A DNA stretch of 64,000 nucleotides. It comes from a virus. Positions 23,998 to 33,593 of the stretch are shown here, one piece after another. The notes under the pieces are model-generated. The model was not told the DNA's origin, searched no databases, and was given only the letters and a program-made list of their open reading frames with translations. The stretch is from the IMG/VR virus record IMGVR_UViG_3300040770_000547; one strand, 5' to 3'. Both the position numbers and the translations under genes were made by a program. Positions within the stretch are counted from its first letter, which is position 1. The number at the start of each line of letters is the position of its first letter.

Positions 23998-24492
23998 ATG
24001 GAGTACTGTGGGACAATAAGAATATCAAACCCTAAAACGCTGCAAAGCTGGATAGATAGGGGCTGGTATCAAAAAAGTCTATCTGAAGGCTACATATTTA
24101 ACGTAGGTTGCGGAAGATTCAAAACAGAGAAGTGTACCTGCTCAGCTTGTAGAACTAGAAAAAGACCGGAGCTATCTAAAATAGTAAATAAATTTAATAA
24201 TTTAAATATCAATAATATGGAAAATGGATTGAATTTCGGAAAAGCCATTGAGGCTGCTAAGGCAGGCAAAAGAGTGGCAAGAGCAGGATGGAACGGAGCA
24301 GGAATGTTCGCATACATAGTTCCTGCATCACAATATCCTGCTATTACAGGCGTTGCAAAAGAATATTGGGGAGAAGGAAACTTTGTACCTTATCGCGCAT
24401 ATTGGGCTCTTAAAACTGCTCAAGAAGACGTAGCAACCTGGGCTCCTTCTGGAAGCGATTCTCTCGCTGAAGACTGGTCAATACTAGACTAA
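23998..24492 (+). CDS. DUF2829/Tad2-like protein (domain 24217-24492) with in-frame Cys-containing N-terminal extension
   Basis: LNFGKAIEAAKAGKRVARAGWNG and WAPSGSDSLAEDW motifs. Confidence 0.78.
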   Translation: MEYCGTIRISNPKTLQSWIDRGWYQKSLSEGYIFNVGCGRFKTEKCTCSACRTRKRPELSKIVNKFNNLNINNMENGLNFGKAIEAAKAGKRVARAGWNGAGMFAYIVPASQYPAITGVAKEYWGEGNFVPYRAYWALKTAQEDVATWAPSGSDSLAEDWSILD

Positions 24493-24908
24493 TGAGCAGA
24501 AGAGGAGAACCAGTGAAACATACCTGTCCGGACATTGACAGGTTGATCAAAACAGTGACAGAGATAGTCGCTGGTATGAATTTCTGTAAAGAAGAAGATA
24601 CCATGGAAGACACGCTATCTTTAATGTCCGACTGGAAAGCAGAATTAGAAAGCTTAGGCATAGGTAAATGGTCTGAACTTGAAACATTAAGAAACTCAAA
24701 TCACTCTTTAAGAGAGTGGGGAGTTGAGATGTATGAAGATGCAGAAAATATGGAAAAAGAACGGGATGATTTCGAAAACAAATTAGCTGATCTATCAAAC
24801 GAAAAAGAACTTTTAGTAGAACAAATTGCTAGTAAAGAATTTGAAATTGAAAACCTACAAGAAACTATAGTTGATTTAAACGATAAATTAGTGAATAATG
24901 GATTCTAA
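24492..24908 (+). CDS. coiled-coil hypothetical protein
   Basis: HTCPDID...LRNSNHSLREWG; TAATG overlap. Confidence 0.8.
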   Translation: MSRRGEPVKHTCPDIDRLIKTVTEIVAGMNFCKEEDTMEDTLSLMSDWKAELESLGIGKWSELETLRNSNHSLREWGVEMYEDAENMEKERDDFENKLADLSNEKELLVEQIASKEFEIENLQETIVDLNDKLVNNGF

Positions 24909-25245
24909 AACATCAGCTACTGATAGCAGCAAAAAGTTCTGGAATACGCTTTCCGATAAAAAGCCGCACTCTTATAAAACCGGTCACTGGGACGGTATGA
25001 TGTCAGATGAGATCCTCTTCCAAGACGCTGACGGTAATAATTTCATTGGCACATGTTATCAAGGATTTATGGACGGCAGTGAATTCTGTTGCTTCTATGA
25101 TAGAAGTGACTACGATGTTTGCTCCGTAGTAGTTTGGGCAGAGATACCGGACGTAATAGAAAACAAGAAGGTTTACTCACAGGTAACAACAGACAAAGAG
25201 CATAAAAAATTGATGAAAGTATTATACCCAAAAAACAACAAATAA
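24898..25245 (+). CDS. hypothetical protein (DUF551-like C-terminal WAEIP)
   Basis: Overlap packing. Confidence 0.75.
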   Translation: MDSKTSATDSSKKFWNTLSDKKPHSYKTGHWDGMMSDEILFQDADGNNFIGTCYQGFMDGSEFCCFYDRSDYDVCSVVVWAEIPDVIENKKVYSQVTTDKEHKKLMKVLYPKNNK

Positions 25246-25255
25246 AACTAACAAC

Positions 25256-25633
25256 GTGAAAAAACTATTATTGCTACTGCTTGCACTAACTATGCTAAGC
25301 TCTTGCGGATCATCGAGATACGCCAAACTTAAGGAAGAGAACGAGAGACTCTCTGATGCCCAAGGTATGAGTGATTCAGATAAAGGATATACTACTTATT
25401 CTGCTACTTATAAATCTGACGGAAATCTAGTTAGAAACATAGGCGGCAGCATCATAGCCAAAGCAGTAAACAGACAATCAAAAGGCTGTTTCTTTTACAT
25501 ACATCTAGATAACAATAAAGAAGTACGTTGGGGAACAAGCAGAAAAAAGTATGATGCCAAAGATATAGGCGACCGAGTCTTCTTTGATTATATAGGTAAA
25601 TACAGGTTCAAAACAAATATTCTAAACCGGTAA
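25256..25633 (+). CDS. lipoprotein
   Basis: MKK-hydrophobic-LSSC lipobox. Confidence 0.78.
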   Translation: MKKLLLLLLALTMLSSCGSSRYAKLKEENERLSDAQGMSDSDKGYTTYSATYKSDGNLVRNIGGSIIAKAVNRQSKGCFFYIHLDNNKEVRWGTSRKKYDAKDIGDRVFFDYIGKYRFKTNILNR

Positions 25634-25893
25634 TGGAAAATATCATAAACAAATTAGGCCATTCTAGGTTGCTAGAATATTTCTTGATTATGTGGATAGT
25701 TACGTTAGTAGCTATTAAATTAATCGATCGATCCATGTACTACATTTTAGTACTAACTGAAAAACAAAAAAAGAACTGGAAAAAATACAGTGGTTTTGCT
25801 TATGGCTTTACCATAATATTAAAATTTGGAGTAATAATGCTCTTCTTGATAGTATTTTATATAATGTTCAAAAAAGACTTAGTTGATTTATAA
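25633..25893 (+). CDS. 2-TM membrane protein
   Basis: Two hydrophobic segments. Confidence 0.72.
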   Translation: MENIINKLGHSRLLEYFLIMWIVTLVAIKLIDRSMYYILVLTEKQKKNWKKYSGFAYGFTIILKFGVIMLFLIVFYIMFKKDLVDL

Positions 25894-25911
25894 CTACAAA
25901 CAAAAAAAGAT

Positions 25912-26169
25912 ATGCCAATAGTAAAACAACCATCTAAATTAATAACTGCTTCAGGTCACAAAAAGTTTTCTAAACAAGAAACTGCAGTTTTCAAATTATT
26001 ATTAGAAGAAAATAAAGCTTCAGAAATAGCTAAAATAATGAGGCTTGATGAAAAAACCATCGGTACCTACAAGCTACGGCTGCTTCAAAAAACAGGGGCT
26101 AAAACTATTATAGGGCTGTATTTATTCAATGAAAAATACAAACTTGTCTCTTTAAAACAACCTGCATAA
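25912..26169 (+). CDS. LuxR/GerE-type helix-turn-helix protein
   Basis: FSKQETAVFKLL...SEIAKIMRLDEKTIGTYKLRLLQKTG. Confidence 0.82.
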   Translation: MPIVKQPSKLITASGHKKFSKQETAVFKLLLEENKASEIAKIMRLDEKTIGTYKLRLLQKTGAKTIIGLYLFNEKYKLVSLKQPA

Positions 26170-26171
26170 CC

Positions 26172-26636
26172 ATGTCAGGCCATTTATCAACAGAAGAGAA
26201 AGCTTTATTTAAAGCCGAAATAGATGCAATAAGAAGAAAGGATTATGCTTTTTTCATAGAGTTTTTAGAGGCAAACAAAATAAAGTTCAAAAGAACAGGG
26301 GGAACCATTGTGCTAGACGGTATGGTGGTATACGAAGATCTTCAAGTTTCTTTCGGCAGTCCCAAGACGTATCAATACAATCTTGAGACACTAAAAAGAA
26401 AAGTAAGCTCAAATACAGTATTAAGTATAAAAGCTAAGTTTATAGGTGCAAACAGCCTAGGTTACATAACAGGTTTGAATTACATCTTAAATGTACTTCC
26501 ATCTAGTGGTATAACTATATGCAGAAAAGATGGATCAGGTAAATGCGTTTACCAATCCCTAACAGCTTTTCTTGTAAACTGGGATAGCATAGAAAAAATA
26601 ACAAGCGGGAAACCACAAGATCAAGCTAGCCTATAA
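26172..26636 (+). CDS. hypothetical protein
   Basis: Tightly packed. Confidence 0.75.
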   Translation: MSGHLSTEEKALFKAEIDAIRRKDYAFFIEFLEANKIKFKRTGGTIVLDGMVVYEDLQVSFGSPKTYQYNLETLKRKVSSNTVLSIKAKFIGANSLGYITGLNYILNVLPSSGITICRKDGSGKCVYQSLTAFLVNWDSIEKITSGKPQDQASL

Positions 26637-26702
26637 ACGGGGATGCGTGGGAGGATGATAAATAAACACTGTCTGATAAGGGTTCGAATCCCTTTTTCCC
26701 GT
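26637..26702 (+). ncRNA. minimal tRNA-like element (acceptor stem plus T-arm only)
   Basis: ACGGGGA/TTCCCGT, AAGGG-TTCGAAT-CCCTT. Confidence 0.5.
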
Positions 26703-26721
26703 TATTTTAACAACTAAATAT

Positions 26722-26955
26722 ATGGCACAAGAAAAGAACGTTGCCTGCATTTGTCCTAGTATTATGATCTACAACGAGTGGGTCAGAGAAAACGCAGTAA
26801 AAGGAGAGCAATATATCTGGGTCTATAATGAAGACAAAATCAGAGGACTACGCTTCCATAGACTAGTTAAGTTATTTAAATATTGGACAATAAAAGATAT
26901 AGATAGAATATTGAGGTTTATTATAATAGACCCTCAAGATGTCGAGATTCAATAG
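26722..26955 (+). CDS. hypothetical protein
   Basis: Co-oriented ORF. Confidence 0.7.
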   Translation: MAQEKNVACICPSIMIYNEWVRENAVKGEQYIWVYNEDKIRGLRFHRLVKLFKYWTIKDIDRILRFIIIDPQDVEIQ

Positions 26956-26983
26956 TAATCTCATATAATTTAATAAGAACAAT

Positions 26984-27331
26984 ATGAAAGCGTATCAAAT
27001 AAACATCGCCCCTAGAACTGGAGTCGGTATGGGATTTGTGACTGTTGGAGAAAACGAGAACCACGCTCTTGCAGAGTTTTCAAAGTCCCTTAGGGATTCC
27101 ATCAAGATAATCAACGCCAAAATAGCGTGCGGACCTGAATGTAATATATCAATACACGAAAGCCAAAAAGAGCGCAATGTAGAGATCCTTAGAACACTTA
27201 GAAAACCAGGTAGGCTTGCTTTCCAAAAAAACGACTTCTATAGGCCAAACTCTTGGCCTAAGGTTACAGTAACAGAGATTACCCGTACAATCACAACATC
27301 GTACGTGAAAGAAGTTTGGCTCGGAAACTAG
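26984..27331 (+). CDS. hypothetical protein
   Basis: Co-oriented ORF. Confidence 0.75.
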   Translation: MKAYQINIAPRTGVGMGFVTVGENENHALAEFSKSLRDSIKIINAKIACGPECNISIHESQKERNVEILRTLRKPGRLAFQKNDFYRPNSWPKVTVTEITRTITTSYVKEVWLGN

Positions 27332-27467
27332 TATCTACAAGTAGGAGGGAACAAACCTACAAACCAGAACTAGTAACCTATGAGCCAAGTGCAGGTGTCG
27401 CGGTGGATTATGTCTGATAGACTAGATCGCGACCGGCCTGCTAGTATTCAACTAACAACTAGCAACA

Positions 27468-27659
27468 ATGAAAACAAAGCTAATCGACTTCATCCCTTTT
27501 TACGGAATACGTACGTATGGTGGAAGGCTTATAAAAGCACAAAGATCCATAACGATAAAGGAGCAACAGATAGACCAAGCTCTTATGATTTACCATGTGG
27601 TAGTTAGTATAGTACTAATAGAAATTGTCATAGAAATGGTAAAACAACTAACAACTTAA
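27468..27659 (+). CDS. small membrane protein
   Basis: FIPFYGI motif plus C-terminal hydrophobic helix. Confidence 0.68.
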   Translation: MKTKLIDFIPFYGIRTYGGRLIKAQRSITIKEQQIDQALMIYHVVVSIVLIEIVIEMVKQLTT

Positions 27660-27663
27660 CATT

Positions 27664-29340
27664 ATGAAATCACTACATTTTTGGACAGATGGTGAGTCTA
27701 TGACTCGTCTGTTACTCGATTTTTACCAATCAGGTGAGTTCCATAAAGTGGAGCAAATCTTAATTGATGCAGGGCTAAATGAAAATCAAATACGCATGTC
27801 TTTTGAATTAAAGCTGCAACTTACAGGAACTACAAAAAACGGTGCTTTTATGGAATGTAATTTCTTAGAAAAAAGTCCGGAAGAATTTGTAGAATTATTT
27901 TATTCCGGATTGCTTTCCGCAATAGGCTGCCAAGCAGACTATGACGACACTTTCGAAGCAATAGTGATGAAAGAGCACGACAAAGACAAAAATATCCTCA
28001 CAATACTCAAATATTTTTCTATAGATTGGATCAAGAAAACATGCTGGAAAGAAATTGTAAACCTGGCTGGGTATGAAGTGACTACCCTTATAGAAGCGGT
28101 AGAGGCAAGCGACAATTCCATATCAGGCATGCTTCTAGCAACAGGAGAATTTGTACAGTGCGGTTATCAAAGTCATATGGCATTATTTCCATTGCTTAAA
28201 ACTGCAAGAGTAGCTTCAGGTGAAAACTCTTTAAGCTCCGATGCTTTATCTGTATCTTCTAACTTACTTACTGGCTCTATGGCGTATTGCCTCCAGTCAC
28301 AAAGTTTTTCAGAAGAGAAATACTTGCTGACCAACAGTCAAGTAGCAGAACTCTGGAAAATCAGAGAGCACAAATTTAAACACTATTCCAATACTAACAG
28401 AAATGAGAGCGTTACTGCTCAACTCCTCGGTTATTTTAGTTATAAAAAAGGTTTGGGTGGAAAATTTGGTGGCCTTGAGTTTCTAGCAAATTTTTATCCT
28501 GAAGTAGCATTAGCCAATTACGCAAGAACTCCAAATAAAGACTGGAAAGCTATGTTAGTCAGAACTTCGCCTAAAGAATCCATGCCCGGACTTCTCAACA
28601 GTATAAAAGCAGAAACAGAAGAAGAAACATATTCTGCAGTTTCCAAGATAATTTCAGACTTCAAAGTACACATGAACGTTATACGTAACAACGAAATTTA
28701 TTGGTTTTTCCAAGAATTTATAGAAGGGCAAAATGGAGTAGTCAATTGTCTTGAAAGACCTAAATGGGAGCAACCTAGAAACCTTTCTGCAGAATATACA
28801 GCCACACTCAAGTATGACATACAGATAGCCTGCTCTACAGTGCAAGGAAATATTGTTATAGGGCATACTACCAATTATGAAGTAGGACCTGAAAATGCAC
28901 AGTATTTAAGAAGACTTTCAAGAAAACTGGCAGCAGACCTAAACAGCGACATTCAGCTTGAATTTGTTATAGATAAAAAAGGTACAGTAAAAATAGTACA
29001 GTTACGCGTGCTAAAAAACAAAGCTGTAAGCAACTTTCAAATTAAAAAAGAAATTTTAGAAGATGCTTTAGTAATAGGCACAACATTCTGCAGTCCTACG
29101 TACGGCGCCAACATACAACTAGAGCTAGACGACATTCTTATAGTGGAGCAAGATTGTTCTTCTGAAATGCTGATAAGTAAAAAAGCTTTGATTGTAGAAA
29201 ACCACACTAACTTTTCGCATATTCTTGCCCTGTCCAAAGCTTTAAACATTCCTTCAATTTACGGGACAGGCAAAATTATTCTAGGAGGAAAAACCTCTTT
29301 TAGATTTAACACAGAGTACGAAACAGGATACATAAAATAA
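27664..29340 (+). CDS. PPDK/PEP-synthase-like dikinase: ATP-grasp plus phosphohistidine swivel domain, no PEP/pyruvate barrel
   Basis: LGGKFGGL, LVRTS..SMPG, QEFIEG.NGV, IQLEFV...VQLR, NFSHILALSKALNIPSIYG. Confidence 0.72.
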   Translation: MKSLHFWTDGESMTRLLLDFYQSGEFHKVEQILIDAGLNENQIRMSFELKLQLTGTTKNGAFMECNFLEKSPEEFVELFYSGLLSAIGCQADYDDTFEAIVMKEHDKDKNILTILKYFSIDWIKKTCWKEIVNLAGYEVTTLIEAVEASDNSISGMLLATGEFVQCGYQSHMALFPLLKTARVASGENSLSSDALSVSSNLLTGSMAYCLQSQSFSEEKYLLTNSQVAELWKIREHKFKHYSNTNRNESVTAQLLGYFSYKKGLGGKFGGLEFLANFYPEVALANYARTPNKDWKAMLVRTSPKESMPGLLNSIKAETEEETYSAVSKIISDFKVHMNVIRNNEIYWFFQEFIEGQNGVVNCLERPKWEQPRNLSAEYTATLKYDIQIACSTVQGNIVIGHTTNYEVGPENAQYLRRLSRKLAADLNSDIQLEFVIDKKGTVKIVQLRVLKNKAVSNFQIKKEILEDALVIGTTFCSPTYGANIQLELDDILIVEQDCSSEMLISKKALIVENHTNFSHILALSKALNIPSIYGTGKIILGGKTSFRFNTEYETGYIK

Positions 29341-29347
29341 AATAATT

Positions 29348-29575
29348 ATGGAAGTAAAGCTAATTAAAGTAGAAGGCTGTGTAGTCGGCTGGTCTATGGA
29401 AGGAGAAAACCTTGAAGAAATGAAAAAACTAGGGGCTATCAGAGACATCCAATTCTTTGGTTTTGAAGATACAGAAATAGTGTACGCAGGTAGAAAAGGC
29501 GGTGACTATGTAACAGATCCTGGAGTGTTGTCTTGGAAACAAAAAAAGCACGACACTAGCTCCCCAAAAAAATAA
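29348..29575 (+). CDS. hypothetical protein
   Basis: Tightly packed. Confidence 0.72.
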   Translation: MEVKLIKVEGCVVGWSMEGENLEEMKKLGAIRDIQFFGFEDTEIVYAGRKGGDYVTDPGVLSWKQKKHDTSSPKK

Positions 29576-29868
29576 TGAAAAAGCTAGAAGCTACAATAAC
29601 AGTAGATAACTTAGTGTCGACCATGAAAAACATCAATGCCATCAGAGAAGATCCTAAGAGAACGAATGAAATATTTCGTGCTGCAGGATTTTTAGAGGGT
29701 ATATTGTATACTACAGGGAGGCTAGTACCAGGCAAACAACTTGTCTTTAAAAATATCACTTATGTGGAGATTGGATGGATAGGCCAGAAAAGAATAAAGA
29801 CCAGAGAACAAACCTACATGGAGCTGATGGTAGAAATGATGGAAGAATTCATCAAAGAACTCACTTAA
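29575..29868 (+). CDS. hypothetical protein
   Basis: TAATG overlap. Confidence 0.75.
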   Translation: MKKLEATITVDNLVSTMKNINAIREDPKRTNEIFRAAGFLEGILYTTGRLVPGKQLVFKNITYVEIGWIGQKRIKTREQTYMELMVEMMEEFIKELT

Positions 29869-29879
29869 TAAATTGACTT

Positions 29880-30098
29880 ATGGAAAAAGAAGTAAATGTT
29901 AGAACATACACATACGCTCAACTAGACTGTAAATATGATGCACTATGTTTAAAAGATAAAAATACAGTGCTTAGAGGAGCTTTAGAATACATGCAGCAGT
30001 ACAACGGTAGGACTATAAAAACATGCATTTTCATGGCTATGGGCTATGAGGATTGCGTAGGGGAAGGAGAATACATAAAAGTAATAGACCATGGGTAA
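29880..30098 (+). CDS. hypothetical protein
   Basis: Tightly packed. Confidence 0.72.
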   Translation: MEKEVNVRTYTYAQLDCKYDALCLKDKNTVLRGALEYMQQYNGRTIKTCIFMAMGYEDCVGEGEYIKVIDHG

Positions 30099-30852
30099 CA
30101 TACAAGAACTGGAAAAACAGCTGGCTGAGGCAAAAGCTGAAGAAAAGAGAAAAGAGCTTCAAACCTTGACAGAAAACCTCATCTCTAAATACCAAGGGAA
30201 AGCTTACGGGAGTCACAGTTTCGAAAGAAAAAACAGATCAGCGTACGCTTCAGCTGTGTTTTATGAAAAGTTCTGGGTTACAGGCAATACGATAACAGTA
30301 TTGAAATGGAACATATCCTTTTGCAGAGCAGGAAGAAATTACAAATTCTCAAGTGATAAGCTGTCTTTTGACAGAAACAAAACTGAGGTATCCTCACAGG
30401 AGAACGGCTATAGTTTTGAGCACAATTTAATAAGTTCAGGCGCCTATGGTAGGGACAAAGAAATGTCCGTAAACAAATTCATGCAACTTTGGGAGTACGG
30501 ATATTTTGTGGTACAAGAACTAGACAACGTATACACAAAAACTGTGGGACAGCCGTGGGACTTGACTAGAATGGGCACAGCAACCGATGAACTAAAGTTA
30601 GATATAGCTATAAAAGCCACTGGTATTGATGTTATAGATATAACAAAAGACTACAAGGTATTCAACGTACTCAAGTATTGTCAGTTACCGTTCTTTCAAG
30701 AACAGAAGTATCTGCCTAGAATATTCGCAGTAAAAATACTCGAATATCAGATATCCAAAATGAAGGAGGATATGGCACATCCATTCTCTACACGCACAGA
30801 ACACACACGTGGAGAAATTAAAATTCTAGAAGATTTTATAAAAACAATTTAA
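30091..30852 (+). CDS. hypothetical protein
   Basis: 253 aa, overlap packing. Confidence 0.8.
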   Translation: MGNIQELEKQLAEAKAEEKRKELQTLTENLISKYQGKAYGSHSFERKNRSAYASAVFYEKFWVTGNTITVLKWNISFCRAGRNYKFSSDKLSFDRNKTEVSSQENGYSFEHNLISSGAYGRDKEMSVNKFMQLWEYGYFVVQELDNVYTKTVGQPWDLTRMGTATDELKLDIAIKATGIDVIDITKDYKVFNVLKYCQLPFFQEQKYLPRIFAVKILEYQISKMKEDMAHPFSTRTEHTRGEIKILEDFIKTI

Positions 30853-30862
30853 CTCTTACATC

Positions 30863-31768
30863 ATGCAAGTAAAAACGATAAAGAAAATAATCAGTAAAAA
30901 AATGATCGACTGGTTAGAAACTATTCCCAACGAAAAGTTGAGATCTGACGTCAAGAAAAATATCCTCGTATCAGGAGGTTGTATCACATCATTGTTTCAA
31001 GGATTACCAGTTAACGACTACGACGTATACATTCAGGACATGGATGTTCTGATCAGACTGGCTCAGCATTATTACCCAGGAACAACTACCACAGGTGTTG
31101 ATAAAGTGCTTGACGGAAGAAAACGTGAGGACTATCTTAACAATATACAGAGCTCTTTTGAAATTGACGATAACGAATCTGAAGAAGCAGTTCGCTACAA
31201 AACACTTAAACTAGATCAAGTCAAATTGAACATAAGTTCGATAGGAATGAAAAAAGAGCTGATTGAAGGTAAAAAATACCAGGTTGCTTTCTTTTCCCAA
31301 AATGCTATCTCCCTTACAGAAGATTTGCAGATTGTATTAAGATTCAGTGGTAACGTTACTCAAATTCACAAAACTTTCGATTTCGTGCATGCCACTAACT
31401 ATTTCACCTTTGAGGAAGGATTAGTTACAAACGTAGCAGCACTAGAAAGCATATTGACAAAGTCTTTGAGATACCAGGGATCCTTATATCCTCTTACCTC
31501 TGTAATACGTATGAAGAAATTCATACAACGTGGTTGGACCGTAAACGCGGGAGAAATCCTTAAGATGTTGTTCCAAGTGTCTGAGTTAGACCTAAAAAAC
31601 ATAGAGGTGCTAGAAGAGCAGCTTATAGGAGTTGACGTAGCTTATTTTTCGCTACTGATAACAGTGCTAAGAGATACTGAAGGAAAGCTTACCGCTCATC
31701 ATTTATCTGAATTGATAGACAAGGTATTCAATGAATACGAAGAGCCGGTTGACGAAGAAGTTAAATAA
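30863..31768 (+). CDS. nucleotidyltransferase (pol-beta superfamily, CCA-adding/poly(A)-polymerase-like head)
   Basis: VSGGCITS...VNDYDVY and FDFVHA motifs. Confidence 0.72.
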   Translation: MQVKTIKKIISKKMIDWLETIPNEKLRSDVKKNILVSGGCITSLFQGLPVNDYDVYIQDMDVLIRLAQHYYPGTTTTGVDKVLDGRKREDYLNNIQSSFEIDDNESEEAVRYKTLKLDQVKLNISSIGMKKELIEGKKYQVAFFSQNAISLTEDLQIVLRFSGNVTQIHKTFDFVHATNYFTFEEGLVTNVAALESILTKSLRYQGSLYPLTSVIRMKKFIQRGWTVNAGEILKMLFQVSELDLKNIEVLEEQLIGVDVAYFSLLITVLRDTEGKLTAHHLSELIDKVFNEYEEPVDEEVK

Positions 31769-31783
31769 TTAAAGCATAAAAAA

Positions 31784-32548
31784 ATGAATTATTACTTAGA
31801 CACGGAATTCATAGAAGGACAACAATCTTTACGCCTTTTCGGAATACCTACAAAATCCCTTCCCACCATAGATCTGATATCGATAGGAATAGTGTCCCAA
31901 GATGGCAGAGAATATTACGCAGTTTCCAAAGACTTTAATCTTAAAGAAGCGTGGAATAGAAATCAAAAAAGAGATCACGGAACTGCGTATAACTCGTATG
32001 GCGAAAAGCTTCAGGTAAAAGAATTCTGGATACGGGAAAACGTGCTCAAACCGATATGGAGAGAGTTTGTTGCAAAAGAAACTTTAGATATTGTAAATAC
32101 CGTGCTGAGCAATGGAGCCGCAGTGGCTGATGTCAACATGGATTTTAACAGAAAAACTTTCGAAAAATTACTGCTCAAGCACGGAAAATCCAATCAGGAA
32201 ATAGCAAAAGAAATAAATGACTTTTGTTCTGGTCCTAATGTACAGTTCTACTCTTACTTTGGAAGCTATGATTGGGTGGCTTTCTGTTGGTTATTTGGAA
32301 AGATGATCAATTTACCAAAACACTTGCCAAGATATTGCAGAGACTTAAAACAGATTCTTGACGATAAAGCCGAAGCACTGGCAATGAGAATAGCTTACGA
32401 AAGTGGAAATCACACGGTATGGACCAATGAAAGATGCTTAGCAGACTTAAAAAGTCATAGAGATTACCCCAAAAAAACAAATGATCATATTGCTATAAGC
32501 GATGCAAAATGGAATAAAGAACTACATAAATTCCTTGAGACTAACTAA
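31784..32548 (+). CDS. DEDDh 3'-5' exoribonuclease (Rv2179c-like)
   Basis: YLDTEF, LISIGIV, YDW, H.A..DAKW. Confidence 0.85.
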   Translation: MNYYLDTEFIEGQQSLRLFGIPTKSLPTIDLISIGIVSQDGREYYAVSKDFNLKEAWNRNQKRDHGTAYNSYGEKLQVKEFWIRENVLKPIWREFVAKETLDIVNTVLSNGAAVADVNMDFNRKTFEKLLLKHGKSNQEIAKEINDFCSGPNVQFYSYFGSYDWVAFCWLFGKMINLPKHLPRYCRDLKQILDDKAEALAMRIAYESGNHTVWTNERCLADLKSHRDYPKKTNDHIAISDAKWNKELHKFLETN

Positions 32549-32632
32549 TTAATCAAGTGAGGTTTTCACAGGCAAAAAGCGACAAACTGTAAAGCACGCT
32601 TTTACTCACTTTTTAATTTAAATATTATTTAT

Positions 32633-32854
32633 ATGTCAAAAGCACTAAAAAGAGAAAACACCTCTATTTTTGGACACACACATGTGTTCACAGGGTATCA
32701 GGGATCTGTACCCTATCTAAAGCCTAAGAAAGGCGCTGTAGATAATACAGGTAGACATCATGTAGGTCTATACGGAACTTGTGATGTATGCGACAAAGAA
32801 TTTTTATTAGCACATGTTCACATAGATGATTTGACTGGTAAATTGTTTAACTAA
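32633..32854 (+). CDS. small Zn-binding hypothetical protein
   Basis: GRHH...CDVC...H. Confidence 0.75.
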   Translation: MSKALKRENTSIFGHTHVFTGYQGSVPYLKPKKGAVDNTGRHHVGLYGTCDVCDKEFLLAHVHIDDLTGKLFN

Positions 32855-32869
32855 ATAAAACCAAATACT

Positions 32870-33109
32870 ATGGCAGATAAAAAGAATACATGCTACAATT
32901 GCATACACTCCGGTGATAATGACAATATGAACTCTGCTCACATCCACTGCAAATTGTTTTGGAGAGCTGGACATAGTTCGCGTAGCGAGCAACCAAAAGG
33001 AAATGAAAACGCAATCAAAAACGGGTGGTATGACTTTCCGTATAACTTCGACCCAGTATGGATGGAAGAAGATTGCAAGTATCACACAATTAAACCCTCT
33101 AAAATTTAA
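32870..33109 (+). CDS. small Cys-rich hypothetical protein
   Basis: CYNC...C...GWYDFPYNFDPVW...C. Confidence 0.78.
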   Translation: MADKKNTCYNCIHSGDNDNMNSAHIHCKLFWRAGHSSRSEQPKGNENAIKNGWYDFPYNFDPVWMEEDCKYHTIKPSKI

Positions 33110-33112
33110 AAC

Positions 33113-33589
33113 ATGGAAATTACAAGAAAAGACCCTTTCACGGGTGACATCAATACGCATAATTTGAACATCACAGGAGAAGAAATGACCCTCTGGGAAA
33201 AAGGAAATACCTATATTCAAGATGCTTTTCCTAATCTTACTGGAGACGAAAGAGAGTTTGTTAAAACAGGAATCAATATAGGAACGTTTGATGCTTTGTT
33301 TGAAGATGAAGACGAGGATGAAGATGAGGATGAAGATCTTTCTGACGACGAGTACCTTAGAATAAAATCTGGAGTAGGTAGGGATATGTACGATGAAGAT
33401 GATGATGAAAATGATGATGAAGATGATGAAGACGATTGTCATGAGTTTGACGATATGATGAGGTTGGCTAAAAATACTGGCTGCAGAGTTATGTTGTGCA
33501 TGATGGCCATGGGAGAAAATGATCACGATTACGATATAGCGCTAGATTGGTTGATTGATAACGGGCATTATACACCTGAAAACAGCTAA
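33113..33589 (+). CDS. protein with conserved IQDAFPNL..EREF..TG domain and poly-acidic tail
   Basis: Two long D/E runs. Confidence 0.8.
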   Translation: MEITRKDPFTGDINTHNLNITGEEMTLWEKGNTYIQDAFPNLTGDEREFVKTGINIGTFDALFEDEDEDEDEDEDLSDDEYLRIKSGVGRDMYDEDDDENDDEDDEDDCHEFDDMMRLAKNTGCRVMLCMMAMGENDHDYDIALDWLIDNGHYTPENS

Positions 33590-33593
33590 GTAA

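Noticed and set aside
32807-33526. 239-aa minus-strand ORF
   Set aside because: Antisense shadow of the GAT/GAA-rich acidic gene (reads IFII repeats).
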